DNA from: an uncultured Lentisphaerota bacterium
Lineage (GTDB): Bacteria > Verrucomicrobiota > Kiritimatiellia > RFP12 > UBA1067
Assembly: GCA_900321255.1 (NCBI GenBank)
Contig: ONVK01000003.1
Location: forward strand, 1-57,685
Length of the DNA stretch: 57,685 bases
Reading direction: 5' to 3'
The position numbers were made by a program, and so were the translations under genes. The notes below the pieces were generated by a model. That model ran no database searches. It was not told the DNA's origin and worked only from the letters and a program-made list of their open reading frames with translations. Of the stretch, positions 1 through 9,628 are shown one piece after another (positions within the stretch are counted from its first letter, which is position 1; each line of letters begins with the position of its first letter).

Positions 1-1
1 C

Positions 2-460
2 TACCTCGACTTCACGGTCGACGAGAGCTGCGGCAAGTGCGCGCCGTGCCGCATCGGCGGCAGGAAGCTCCTCAACTACCTGAAGAAGATCACCGACGGG
101 CGCGGCACCGAGCAGGACATCAAGGACATGGAGGCGATCTGCGACGCGATGAACAAGGCGTCGCTCTGCGGCCTCGGCCAGACGGCGTCCAACCCCGTGC
201 GCTCGACGCTCCGCTACTTCATGGACGAGTACATGGAGCACATCAAGGACAAGAAGTGCCGCTCGGGCAAGTGCTCTAAGCTCATCCAGTACAAGATCGA
301 CCCTGCGAAGTGCAAGGGCTGCACGATGTGCGCGAGGAAGTGCCCTGCGGGCGCGATCTCGGGAACCGTGAAGAATCCGCATGTCATCGACCAGGCGAAG
401 TGCATCAAGTGCGGCGCCTGCGAGGCGACCTGCAAGTTCGGCGCGATCAGCCACGGCTAA
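2..460 (+). CDS. hydB: NuoF-like NAD(H)-binding subunit of an electron-bifurcating [FeFe]-hydrogenase (HydB/HndC type), C-terminal part; 5' end lies outside the window
   Basis: Frame is open from base 2: ESCGKCAPCRIG...SLCGLGQ (NuoF 4Fe-4S motif), then a 2x[4Fe-4S] ferredoxin domain (CKGCTMCARKCP, CIKCGACEATC). Directly upstream of hydA. Confidence 0.9.
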   Translation, partial: YLDFTVDESCGKCAPCRIGGRKLLNYLKKITDGRGTEQDIKDMEAICDAMNKASLCGLGQTASNPVRSTLRYFMDEYMEHIKDKKCRSGKCSKLIQYKIDPAKCKGCTMCARKCPAGAISGTVKNPHVIDQAKCIKCGACEATCKFGAISHG

Positions 461-481
461 GGGGAAAGGAAAGGTTTTACC

Positions 482-2287
482 ATGGAAACTGAAATGATCA
501 CTCTTGAGATCAACGGCAAGTCCGTCGAAGTTCCGAAGGGCACGTCGATCCTCAACGCGGCCAAGGCCGCCCACATCAAGATCCCGACGCTCTGCTATCA
601 TCCCGACCTGAAGCCGGGCGCAAGCTGCGGCATCTGCGTCGTCCGCCAGCTCGTCCCGAGCCGCACGGAGCCCGGCAAGTTCGTGCCGAGCCCGAAGCTG
701 CTCCGCGCCTGCACGACCGAGGCGGCGCCCGGGATGAAGATCCTCACGCACGACCCCGACATCGTCCAGGTCCGCAAGACCGTGCTCGAGCTCATCCTCG
801 CGAACCATCCGCAGGACTGCCTCCAGTGCCCGCGCTCCGGCTCCTGCGAGCTTCAGGCGATCGCGGCCGACTTCGGCATCCGCGACATTCCGTTCCCGAA
901 GGAGGTCATCCACCGCGATGTCGACAACTCGACCCCCTCCATCGTCCTCAACTCCGACAAGTGCATCAAGTGCGGCCGCTGCGCCGAGGTTTGCCAGGAG
1001 ATGCAGAACGTCTGGGCGCTCGAGTTCATCGGACGCGGCGAGAAGACGGTCATGGCCCCGGCCGCTGGCGTCAAGCTCGCCGAGTCGCCCTGCATCAAGT
1101 GCGGCCAGTGCTCCGCTCACTGCCCCGTCGGCGCGATCTACGAGAACGACGAGACGGCGAAGGTCTGGGCCGCGCTGCGCGACCCCGAGAAGACCTGCCT
1201 CGTGCAGATAGCCCCCGCGGTCCGCGTTGCCGTAGGCGAGGCGTTCGGCATGAAGCCGGGCGAGCTCACCACCGGCAAGATCTACGCGGCCCTCAGGATG
1301 CTCGGCTTCGACAAGGTGTTCGACACGAACTTCTCCGCCGACGTCACGATCATGGAGGAGGGCACCGAGTTCATCAAGCGCTTCACCGAGCAGAAGGACC
1401 TTCCGCTCCTCACCAGCTGCTGCCCCGCGTGGACCGACTGGATGGAGAAGTACGCTCCTGACTTCACGACGAACTTCTCGACCGCCAAGTCGCCGCAGCA
1501 GATGCTCTCCGCGCTCTGCAAGAGCTACTGGGCAGACGTCAACAAGGTCGACCACACGAAGATCCACGTCACTTCGATCATGCCCTGCACGGCGAAGAAG
1601 CACGAGATCGCGCGCGACGAGTTCATGAGCGCCACCGGCACCCAGGATACCGACGTCGTGCTGACGACGCGCGAGCTTGCCCGCATGATCAAGGCGGCCG
1701 GCATCGACTTCGCCTCGCTCCCCGAGGAGCCGGCTGACAAGCTGCTCGGCGAGTACACCGGCGCGGGCACGATCTTCGGCGTCACCGGCGGCGTTATGGA
1801 GGCCGCGCTCCGTACGGCCTACTGCCTCATCACCGGCGAGGCGAAGCCCCCGAGCATCGACTTCCAGGCGGTGCGCGGCATGGACGGCGTCAAGACGGCC
1901 ACGATCGACATCAAGGGCACGAAGGTGAACATCGCGGTCGCCCACCAGATGGGCAACGTCGAGAAGGTCCTCGACATGATCCGCGAGGACCGCAAGAACG
2001 GCGTCAAGCCGCGCTTCGACTTCATCGAGGTCATGGCGTGCCGCGGCGGCTGCATCGGCGGCGGCGGCCAGCCCTGCCTCGCGACGGACGCGGTCCGCGC
2101 GCAGCGCACGGCCGGCCTCTACACCGACGACGAGAAGTGCGCTCTCCGCATGTCGCACCTGAACCCCGAGGTCACGGCCCTCTACAAGGACTACCTCGAC
2201 GGCAAGACGGGCGCGCAGGGCGGCGAGAAGGCGCACCACCTCCTCCACACCGGCTACAAGAAGATCGATGTCTACCACTTCGACTAA
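482..2287 (+). CDS. hydA: [FeFe]-hydrogenase catalytic subunit (HydA/HndD, group A)
   Basis: H-cluster motifs TSCCPAW, MPCTAKKHE and EVMACRGGCIGGGGQP. N-terminal 2Fe-2S, HxxxCxxCxxxxxC and 2x[4Fe-4S] domains. Purine-rich RBS upstream. Confidence 0.95.
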   Translation: METEMITLEINGKSVEVPKGTSILNAAKAAHIKIPTLCYHPDLKPGASCGICVVRQLVPSRTEPGKFVPSPKLLRACTTEAAPGMKILTHDPDIVQVRKTVLELILANHPQDCLQCPRSGSCELQAIAADFGIRDIPFPKEVIHRDVDNSTPSIVLNSDKCIKCGRCAEVCQEMQNVWALEFIGRGEKTVMAPAAGVKLAESPCIKCGQCSAHCPVGAIYENDETAKVWAALRDPEKTCLVQIAPAVRVAVGEAFGMKPGELTTGKIYAALRMLGFDKVFDTNFSADVTIMEEGTEFIKRFTEQKDLPLLTSCCPAWTDWMEKYAPDFTTNFSTAKSPQQMLSALCKSYWADVNKVDHTKIHVTSIMPCTAKKHEIARDEFMSATGTQDTDVVLTTRELARMIKAAGIDFASLPEEPADKLLGEYTGAGTIFGVTGGVMEAALRTAYCLITGEAKPPSIDFQAVRGMDGVKTATIDIKGTKVNIAVAHQMGNVEKVLDMIREDRKNGVKPRFDFIEVMACRGGCIGGGGQPCLATDAVRAQRTAGLYTDDEKCALRMSHLNPEVTALYKDYLDGKTGAQGGEKAHHLLHTGYKKIDVYHFD

Positions 2288-2307
2288 GGAGCGGTGCCGT
2301 AGAGGCG

Positions 2308-2347
2308 AAAGAAGCGCGGAGCGGTTGTCGCCGCTCCGCGTTTCTTT
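2308..2347 (+). terminator. Putative intrinsic terminator of the hydrogenase operon
   Basis: Inverted repeat AAAGAAGCGCGGAGCGG-ttgtcg-CCGCTCCGCGTTTCTTT (one G-U pair) ending in a T-rich tail, 20 nt after the hydA stop. Confidence 0.7.
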
Positions 2348-2351
2348 GGGA

Positions 2352-4319
2352 ATGAACGGCATAGCTGCCGCATTGCTGCTGCTTTCCGGCCTGAACGCCG
2401 CCTGCGCCGCGGAGGATGCGCTTGTGCCCGTCCGCGCGGGCGATGTAAGAATCCTCGGGCGCGTCGGGGAGCTGTTCGGGTCCTCGCTCGACAGGCGCGT
2501 CTTCTCTGAATACGCGCAGGGGCCTGTCTACGACGAGGCGGAGAACGCGTTCGCGACGCACTCTGACGACTCTGATCCCGACAGGGGCTACTGCGGCTGG
2601 CAGGGCGAGTACTGGGGCAAGACCATGCTCTGCTACGCCGGTGCGATCCGCTATACGCGCGACGCTAAGCTCGCGGCGTGGAGCGTGGAGAAGGCCCATC
2701 ACCTCATCGACGCCTATCAGCACCCCGACGGCTACCTTTCCACATACGCCAACCGGGATCTCCTGCGCATGAACCCGGAATCGCCCGACTCAGAGAAGCA
2801 TTGCTGCTTCAACATCTGGGGTCAGAAGTACACGATGTGGGCGCTCGTCGAGCTGTATCGCGCAACAGGCGACCGGAAGTGCCTCGAAGCGGCGGGGAAG
2901 ATGATGGACCATCTCGTCGCACAGCTCAGGCGCCTCGGCGTCACGATCGACAAGACCGGAACATGGGAGGGGATATCGTCCATGTCCATACTTCGCCCGC
3001 TCGTCGAGCTGTACATCGAAATGCCGAAACCGGAGTACAGGGAGCTCGCCGACTACATCGTGAGGGCGACGGACGTTGGCGAAGGCGTGAAGCCCGAGGT
3101 CAATCTCGTCCACGATGCGCTCTCCGACCGTCCGGTCGCCGCATGGTTCCGCAAGCCCATGTTCCTCGCCAAGGCGTACGAACTGCAGAGTTTCTTCGAG
3201 GGCGTGGCGGCGTACCACCGGCTCACCGGCGACGCGCGTGCGCTCGCGGCGACCGAGGCGTTCTGGGGGCATCTCCACCGCGAGGAACTGAATCCGATGC
3301 GGTCGGTGGGATACTTCGACCACTTTCTCGGCGCGAAGCGCCGCGTCAACGGAATGACGGAGCTGTGCGACGTCACCCACTGGATACGGCTCAACCGCGA
3401 ACTGTGGAAGATCACGGGAGAGGCGAAATATCTCGACTGCATCGAAGAGGCGTTCTACAACGCCTTTCTCGCGGGCGTCTCGCCCGACGGCTCATGGGGC
3501 GCGCACATCGTCCGCTCGCACGGAACGCGCCACCTTTCGGCGCCGCAGCAGGTCGGCATGAAGATGCACCAGTGCTGCCCCGACAACATGCTTCGCACGT
3601 TCTACGACTGGGCCGAGACGGTCGCTGACGTCGCGAAGGACGGCGCGTGGGAGCTGAACCTCTACTCGGACGCCGACGTTGCGCTTCCAGGGCTGCGCCT
3701 TGAGCTGCGCGGCGACTATCCGGTTTCGGAGACGTTCCGAGTCCGTGCCGTTGCCGAAAAGAGGGGGCGGCTCCGCCTGCGCGTGCCGTACTGGGCGCAG
3801 GACATGGTCGTGGACGGGACTTCTATGAAGCCGGCGTCAGGCCGCATCGATCTCCCCGTTGAGGCCGGCGAACACACTTTCGACATCGTTCTTAAGATGC
3901 CGCCGCGGGTCGTAGACTCCGAAGCGCCGGCATTCGAGGATATCGACACGGTGACTGAACTCGACACGGCGAAGCCGGAGGGATACACCAAGCGGTTCAT
4001 GAGCTGGTATACGCCGGAGATGAAAGGCCTGGAGCGCCGCACCGCTGCGGCCGAGGTCATGCGCGGGCCGCTCCTGCTCGCAAAGGGGCGGCTCGCCGGC
4101 ACGTCGCGCAACGAGACCTTCACCTTCAAGACGATCAACGCAAATGGCTGGAAGGTCTCCGTTTCGCCGGCCTTGCGCACGGTAGGCAACGCGTCCGTCT
4201 GGGGCGCATGGAACATGACGTTGGAGAAAGACGGGGAGAAGCGCACGCTTCCCGTCGCCGACTACTGGTCCGTCTCGAACGTCGACGACCCGTCCAACTG
4301 GTTTTCACTGTGGTTCTGA
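2352..4319 (+). CDS. Secreted GH127/GH146-like (DUF1680) beta-L-arabinofuranosidase-family glycoside hydrolase
   Basis: Signal peptide from ATG 2352. WQGEYWGK, DGYLSTY, ELC and CCPDN match the Zn/Cys catalytic set, plus LRLRVPYWA and RGPLLLA. Confidence 0.8.
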   Translation: MNGIAAALLLLSGLNAACAAEDALVPVRAGDVRILGRVGELFGSSLDRRVFSEYAQGPVYDEAENAFATHSDDSDPDRGYCGWQGEYWGKTMLCYAGAIRYTRDAKLAAWSVEKAHHLIDAYQHPDGYLSTYANRDLLRMNPESPDSEKHCCFNIWGQKYTMWALVELYRATGDRKCLEAAGKMMDHLVAQLRRLGVTIDKTGTWEGISSMSILRPLVELYIEMPKPEYRELADYIVRATDVGEGVKPEVNLVHDALSDRPVAAWFRKPMFLAKAYELQSFFEGVAAYHRLTGDARALAATEAFWGHLHREELNPMRSVGYFDHFLGAKRRVNGMTELCDVTHWIRLNRELWKITGEAKYLDCIEEAFYNAFLAGVSPDGSWGAHIVRSHGTRHLSAPQQVGMKMHQCCPDNMLRTFYDWAETVADVAKDGAWELNLYSDADVALPGLRLELRGDYPVSETFRVRAVAEKRGRLRLRVPYWAQDMVVDGTSMKPASGRIDLPVEAGEHTFDIVLKMPPRVVDSEAPAFEDIDTVTELDTAKPEGYTKRFMSWYTPEMKGLERRTAAAEVMRGPLLLAKGRLAGTSRNETFTFKTINANGWKVSVSPALRTVGNASVWGAWNMTLEKDGEKRTLPVADYWSVSNVDDPSNWFSLWF

Positions 4320-4346
4320 CCTGGAAAAGACAATCGCGAAAAACAT

Positions 4347-4883
4347 ATGCACGCAAGCCTTTCAGACATCGTGGCCGACATCGCGGCGAACTCGATCGAA
4401 GCCGGGGCGAGTAACATCCGCGTCAGCGTGGTCGACGAGAACGGGACGATCGAGCTGAAGGTCGAGGACAACGGGAAGGGGATGCCGCCCGAAATCGTCG
4501 TCAGGGCGTTCGATCCTTTCTACACCGAGCCCGGCAAGCACGACAAGCGGAAGGTCGGCATGGGCCTTCCCTTCGTCAAGCAGACGTGCGATGCCTGCGG
4601 CGGCAGCGTAAAGCTCGAGAGCAGGCAGGGCGTGGGCACGACGATAGTCTGCACGTTCCAGGCCGACAACATCGACCTGCCGCCGATGGGGAGCCTTCCG
4701 CAGGCGGTTCTGTCGCTCTTCAACTTCGGAGGGGATTTCGACCTCGTCTTCATCCACAGGAAAAACGGCAGCGGCTACGAAATCTCGCGTCTCGAACTCA
4801 TGGACGCCGTCGGCGGCTTCGATTCCGTCGAAGGGCTTTCGCTCGCGCGCGAGTTCCTTGAGGGCCAGGAAGAGTCTCTTTAG
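4347..4883 (+). CDS. Stand-alone HATPase_c (histidine-kinase-like ATPase) protein of the kind found in [FeFe]-hydrogenase gene clusters
   Basis: N-box (NSIEAGA), G1 (DNGKGM), F-box (FDPFYT) and G2 (GMGL). No sensor or HisKA domain. Confidence 0.75.
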   Translation: MHASLSDIVADIAANSIEAGASNIRVSVVDENGTIELKVEDNGKGMPPEIVVRAFDPFYTEPGKHDKRKVGMGLPFVKQTCDACGGSVKLESRQGVGTTIVCTFQADNIDLPPMGSLPQAVLSLFNFGGDFDLVFIHRKNGSGYEISRLELMDAVGGFDSVEGLSLAREFLEGQEESL

Positions 4884-4891
4884 CCCAAATA

Positions 4892-4900
4892 TGATATAAT
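4892..4900 (+). promoter_or_regulatory. Extended -10 promoter element (TGATATAAT) for the metX operon
   Basis: TGnTATAAT in an AT-rich intergenic gap, 11 nt before ATG 4912. Confidence 0.65.
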
Positions 4901-4911
4901 ATCCGCCAATT

Positions 4912-6687
4912 ATGACTGAGGGCGTTGGAGTCGTAGAATTGAAGAAGATGAAGCTGAACCTGCCGGAAGGCGGGCTCAGGCTTGCCTATGGCGGCGTTTT
5001 GAAGGAAATCGAAGTCGCATACGAGGAATGCGGCGCGCCGCTCGGCGAATCCAACGCAATCTACATCTGCCACGCGCTCACGGGCGACGCGCATGTCGCT
5101 GGCATTAGGCCGGGCGAGGAAAAGCCAAGCGGCTGGTGGGAGGAGATGGTAGGCCCCGGGCGCGCGTTCGACACGAACAAATTCCACATCATCTGCGCGA
5201 ACGTCCTTGGCGGCTGCACCGGGACGACGGGGCCGATGTCGATCAACCCAGACACGGGGAAGCCCTACGGCTCGTCTTTTCCGCAGTACACGTTCGACGA
5301 CGCCGTTGACGTCTTCAGGATGTTCCTGAAGCAGCTCGGCGTGAAGAAGCTCGCGGCGCTCGTCGGCGGGAGCTACGGCGGGCTGCAGGTCGTAAACTGG
5401 ATGACGCGCTTCCCCGACGACATGGAGAAGTCGTGCCTGATCGCGACGAGCGCGAGCCTCAACACCCAGGCGATCGCGCTGAGCGTCATGAGCCGCAACT
5501 CCATCACGGACGACCCCAACTGGAAGGGCGGCGACTACTATCTCGAAGGCGACGGCAAGGGTCCGAAGGCGGGGCTTGCCGCGGCGCGCCAGCTTGCGCA
5601 CATAACGTATCTCTCGCGCGAGCTCCTGCAGCAGAAGTTCGGCCGCAGGCTCCAGGACAACTTCGTGAACGCCCCGGCGGAGGAGCGCGCCGAGCGCGAC
5701 CGCCTCTTCAAGACATATTTCCAGATCGAGAGCTATCTCGACTACCAGGCGATGAAGTTCCTGCGCCGCTTCGACGCGAACTCCTACCTCCACATAACGC
5801 GTTCGATGGACCTCTCCGATCCCTGCGACCGCTACGGTTCGCTTGATGCAGCTTTTGCCCGCGTTAACTCGAAGGTGCTCGTCGTCTCGTATGAAAACGA
5901 CATCCTCTTCCCGTGGTGGCAGTCGAAGGAGATCGTTGCGTCGCTTCTGCGCAACAAGAAGTCCGTGAGCTACTGCCATCTCGAAAGCGGCACGGGGCAT
6001 GATTCGTTCCTGACCGACATCGAGCACCTTTCGAAGGTCGTCGGCGGCTTTCTCTCCGAGCGCCCGGTCAAGGTGATGAAGTGGCAGGAGCGGCTCCACA
6101 GGAACGTCCTCGCGATGGTGAAGGAGAACTCCCGCGTCATCGACATCGGCTGCGGCGACGGCACGCTTCTCGACGTCCTGCGCGCGAAGAAGGGCGTTGC
6201 CGGCGACGGTGTGGAGATTGACGTCGACCGCTACGAGGAGGCGATTGCCGACGGGCACGACGTCTTCTGGGAAGACGTCGACGAAGGGCTTACTCTCGTT
6301 CCAGACGGGTACTACGACACGGCAATCGTCTCGGACACGCTGCAGGAGGTCAGAAATCCGCGCGGGCTGTTGAGCGAGGCGCTGAGGATCGCGAACGAGG
6401 CGATAGTCTCGTTCCCGAACTTCGCCGCCTACAGGATTCGCCTTACGCTCGCGCTCACGGGGCGGCTTCCCGTCTCGAAGCAGCTGCCGTTCCAGTGGTA
6501 CGACACGCCGAACATCCACTGCATCACGCTTAAGGACTTCAAGTCGCTCTGCGACAAGGAGGGGATCGATATCCTCGAGGTCAAGGCCGAGAGCCGGCAC
6601 ATCATCGGCAAGATCCTCATGTGGCTTGGTTTCAAGAACCTCGGTGCGTCGCGCATCGTCGCAAGAATAGCAAGGAGGCGCCAGTGA
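4912..6687 (+). CDS. metX: Homoserine O-acetyltransferase fused to a C-terminal MetW methyltransferase-like domain
   Basis: CHALTGDAH, NVLGGC, GGSYGG (nucleophile Ser), RFDANSY and GHDSFL. C-terminal DIGCGDG...SFPNF...WYDTPNIH is typical of MetW. Confidence 0.9.
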   Translation: MTEGVGVVELKKMKLNLPEGGLRLAYGGVLKEIEVAYEECGAPLGESNAIYICHALTGDAHVAGIRPGEEKPSGWWEEMVGPGRAFDTNKFHIICANVLGGCTGTTGPMSINPDTGKPYGSSFPQYTFDDAVDVFRMFLKQLGVKKLAALVGGSYGGLQVVNWMTRFPDDMEKSCLIATSASLNTQAIALSVMSRNSITDDPNWKGGDYYLEGDGKGPKAGLAAARQLAHITYLSRELLQQKFGRRLQDNFVNAPAEERAERDRLFKTYFQIESYLDYQAMKFLRRFDANSYLHITRSMDLSDPCDRYGSLDAAFARVNSKVLVVSYENDILFPWWQSKEIVASLLRNKKSVSYCHLESGTGHDSFLTDIEHLSKVVGGFLSERPVKVMKWQERLHRNVLAMVKENSRVIDIGCGDGTLLDVLRAKKGVAGDGVEIDVDRYEEAIADGHDVFWEDVDEGLTLVPDGYYDTAIVSDTLQEVRNPRGLLSEALRIANEAIVSFPNFAAYRIRLTLALTGRLPVSKQLPFQWYDTPNIHCITLKDFKSLCDKEGIDILEVKAESRHIIGKILMWLGFKNLGASRIVARIARRRQ

Positions 6688-7430
6688 CACTCCCGCAGAG
6701 AATAGCGCATATAGTCAACCACGGACTCGCCGCGCTGCATCCGTGCGTCTACGGCGATCTCACGGCGCGCGGCGCAGTCGGAGAGATCGCGGCCGACCTC
6801 CAGAAGGAGATTGTGCTCCTCTGCCCGGGACGCGACGCCAAGGCAATCGTTGATGATTTCGTCGCTGCGCTTCCAGAAGTGCGCAGGCTCGTCGACACCG
6901 ATGTCCAGGCCGCGTACGACGGCGACCCTGCGGCGACGAGCCGAATGGAGGTCGTGATGGCGTATCCCGGGCTCTATGCAGTCACCATCCACCGCCTGGC
7001 GCATGTACTCTACAAGCTTAAAGTCCCGATCATCCCGCGCGTCATGAGCGAGCTCGCCCATTCGAAGACGGGGATCGACATCCATCCCGGCGCGACGATA
7101 GGCGAGAGGTTCTTCATCGACCATGGAACCGGCGTCGTGATCGGCGAGACGACCGTAATAGGGCGGAACGTCCGTCTCTACCAGGGCGTGACGCTCGGAG
7201 GCCTCTCGTTCGACAAGGATGCGAACGGCGCGCTTGTAAAGGGGCTGAAGCGCCACCCCAACATCGAGGACAACGTGGTGATATACGCGAACGCCACGAT
7301 TCTCGGCGGCGACACCACGATAGGCCACGACTCCGAGATAGGCGGCAACGTCTGGATCAAGGAGTCGGTCCCGCCCAACTCTCGCGTCTACAACAAGCCG
7401 CCGGCTCCGGTGATAAAGAAAATAATGTGA
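6684..7430 (+). CDS. cysE: Serine O-acetyltransferase
   Basis: AAYDGDPAA, TGIDIHPGA, FIDHGTGVVIGET and KRHP motifs. GTG start overlaps the metX stop, with AAGGAGG as RBS. Confidence 0.9.
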   Translation: MTLPQRIAHIVNHGLAALHPCVYGDLTARGAVGEIAADLQKEIVLLCPGRDAKAIVDDFVAALPEVRRLVDTDVQAAYDGDPAATSRMEVVMAYPGLYAVTIHRLAHVLYKLKVPIIPRVMSELAHSKTGIDIHPGATIGERFFIDHGTGVVIGETTVIGRNVRLYQGVTLGGLSFDKDANGALVKGLKRHPNIEDNVVIYANATILGGDTTIGHDSEIGGNVWIKESVPPNSRVYNKPPAPVIKKIM

Positions 7431-8278
7431 TGCTCGCAAGTTCGCTCGCTCTTGCGCTTGTTGTTGGGGTCTGGAACGGCGAGTGGTTCCCGTCCGGGCG
7501 GGCAGAGCACAGGGCGAACGACCAGGTGGAGCGGGCGACGATCCGCGCGGCAGGGCAGATGCTCGCCGACGGGATCCTTGAAGTTGACCCTTCCGGGAAA
7601 GAGGACGTTGTCCTGTGCCTCAGCGAAATACGCGACCTCGAGACCGCACAGGCGCTCTGCGCCGCGATAGGGCGCACGAACCTCTCTGTCGCAGTCGTCA
7701 CCGCATACCGCAGGCGCGACCGCTTCGACCAGCAGCAGGACGTCATCATGACGACTCTTCCGGTCGCGAAAGCCAACTGGAGCACCTGGAAGACGCACAA
7801 GGACGCGATTCCGCCGCGTGGCTACGCCCATGCAGACGTAATCGTGTCGCCGGCGGTAACCGCGACCGTGTATGCCGTCCACCTAAAGTCCAACTACGGC
7901 CAGACGACGGAAGACACCGCCCAGACGAACCGCCTCAAGCGCGCCTACGCGATAGAGCAGCTTGTCGCCCAGGAGAAGCCGAAGCGCGGGAAGTTCCGCG
8001 CGCCTGTCATAATTGCCGGCGACTTCAACGCCGATCGGTTCTCAAAGTCGTTCGAGAAGGACACGTTGTTTCAGACGCTCCTTGACGCCGGATTCGTCGA
8101 TGCGTTCGAGGGCGTTCCAAAGGATGGCCGCATAACGCATCCGGGGAGCGGCCGCCACGCGGGGAGCACGCTCGACTACATCTTTATTCGCGGCTGCCGG
8201 GTCGAAAGCCCTCCGAAGGTCGTCCCCGCGCTTCGCATATCAGACCATGACGCGGTGTTTGTCCGCCTTCTTCCCTGA
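7430..8278 (+). CDS. Endonuclease/exonuclease/phosphatase (EEP) family protein, probably exported
   Basis: WN, HLKS, IIAGDFN, LDYIF and SDH motifs. Hydrophobic N-terminus. Start is 7427 (GTG) or 7430 (ATG). Confidence 0.8.
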   Translation: MLASSLALALVVGVWNGEWFPSGRAEHRANDQVERATIRAAGQMLADGILEVDPSGKEDVVLCLSEIRDLETAQALCAAIGRTNLSVAVVTAYRRRDRFDQQQDVIMTTLPVAKANWSTWKTHKDAIPPRGYAHADVIVSPAVTATVYAVHLKSNYGQTTEDTAQTNRLKRAYAIEQLVAQEKPKRGKFRAPVIIAGDFNADRFSKSFEKDTLFQTLLDAGFVDAFEGVPKDGRITHPGSGRHAGSTLDYIFIRGCRVESPPKVVPALRISDHDAVFVRLLP

Positions 8279-8293
8279 AAAAAGCATTTGCAG

Positions 8294-9628
8294 ATGCAGC
8301 ACAAGAAAAGGCTTCTCATACTCCTGCCTGACGGGAAGATACACAAGGTGTCGCTTCCGTTCCTCACTATGTCGTTCCGCGAGGCGCCGCTCACGGGCAC
8401 GATGCTCGCGGCGCTCACGCCGTCCGACCTCGGCTTCGACATAAAGCTCTGCGATGCGAGCGTGTCGAAAATTCCGTACGGCGAAAAGTTCGACCTCGTC
8501 GCGGTAAGCATCATCACCGGCACAGCCGTCGAGGGATACCGACTCGCGGACCACTTCCGCGCGCGCGGCGCGAAGGTCGTGATAGGAGGCGTCCACGCGA
8601 CGCTGCTTCCGGACGAGGCGTCCACGCATGCGGACAGCGTGATGACGGGCTTCGGCGAGATTGCGTGGCCGCAGATGTGCCGCGACTTCTGCGCCGGCGC
8701 GCTCAAGCCCCGCTACGACGGCGGTTCGCCCGACATCGCGGGGCTCCCCTGGCCGCGCCGCGACCTGCAGAAGCGCTTCGGCTACGCGATGCCCAACACC
8801 GTCTTCGCGACGCGCGGCTGCCGGAACAACTGCGACTTCTGCGCCGTCGTCGGCGCGAAGTTCGGCTGGCACACACGTCCCGTCGCGGAAGTCGCGGCGG
8901 AAATCGCCGCGCTGAAGGGCTCGCGCTTCGCGTTCAACGACGTGAGCCTCTGCGAGGACCGCGAATACGCGTTCGAACTCTGCCGCGCGCTGAAGCCGCT
9001 GAAGAAGAAGTGGGGCGGACTCATGACGCTCAAGGCCGCGTCGGACGAGGCGATGCTCGACGCGCTTGCGGAGGCGGGGTGCTGCTTCATGCTGCTCGGG
9101 TTCGAGTCGGCGCATCGAAACGCGCTTGTCGGAATCCACAAGTCGTTCAACACTCCTGACCAATATCAGCGTATCGTCTCGAACATGCACGCGCGCGGGA
9201 TGATGATACAGGGGTGCTTCATCTTCGGACTCGACGACGACACGACGGATGTCTTCGACGACACGGTGAAGATGATCGACGAGCTGCAGATCGACATTCC
9301 GCGCTACGCGCTCTACACGCCGTTCCCGTCTACGGCCTGCCATGCGCGCGTCGAGGGGCAGGACCGTCTCCTCGGACACAACTGGGCGTGGTTCGACACG
9401 CAGCACGTCGTGATACGTCCGAAGAACATGACGCCCGAGGAGCTCGACGCAGGCTTCATCCACGCCTGGCAGGAGACGTACTCGATGCGGTCGATATTCC
9501 GGCGTCTCTCCCCGAAGCGCCACCAGTTCCCCGTCGCGCTTGTCGGCAACCTCGCCTACCGCCTCTACCGCCGCGAGCTCCGCCACGACGCGCACCGCTT
9601 CCCGCTCTCTCCGGAGGACGTGCCGTGA
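8294..9628 (+). CDS. Cobalamin-binding radical SAM protein (class B methylase-like) 1
   Basis: N-terminal B12-binding domain (VVIGGVHATLLPDEA), TRGCRNNCDFC, LLGFES, FIFGLDDD and YTPFPST. Confidence 0.88.
   Translation: MQHKKRLLILLPDGKIHKVSLPFLTMSFREAPLTGTMLAALTPSDLGFDIKLCDASVSKIPYGEKFDLVAVSIITGTAVEGYRLADHFRARGAKVVIGGVHATLLPDEASTHADSVMTGFGEIAWPQMCRDFCAGALKPRYDGGSPDIAGLPWPRRDLQKRFGYAMPNTVFATRGCRNNCDFCAVVGAKFGWHTRPVAEVAAEIAALKGSRFAFNDVSLCEDREYAFELCRALKPLKKKWGGLMTLKAASDEAMLDALAEAGCCFMLLGFESAHRNALVGIHKSFNTPDQYQRIVSNMHARGMMIQGCFIFGLDDDTTDVFDDTVKMIDELQIDIPRYALYTPFPSTACHARVEGQDRLLGHNWAWFDTQHVVIRPKNMTPEELDAGFIHAWQETYSMRSIFRRLSPKRHQFPVALVGNLAYRLYRRELRHDAHRFPLSPEDVP

Noticed and set aside
2268-2351. 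N-terminal extension of the GH127-like ORF in the ORF track (similar over-extensions at 9214, 10287, 11687, 14135, 15025, 15513, 24966, 31761, 34287, 51665)
   Set aside because: They overlap upstream genes or terminators; downstream starts have RBS, coupling or promoter support.
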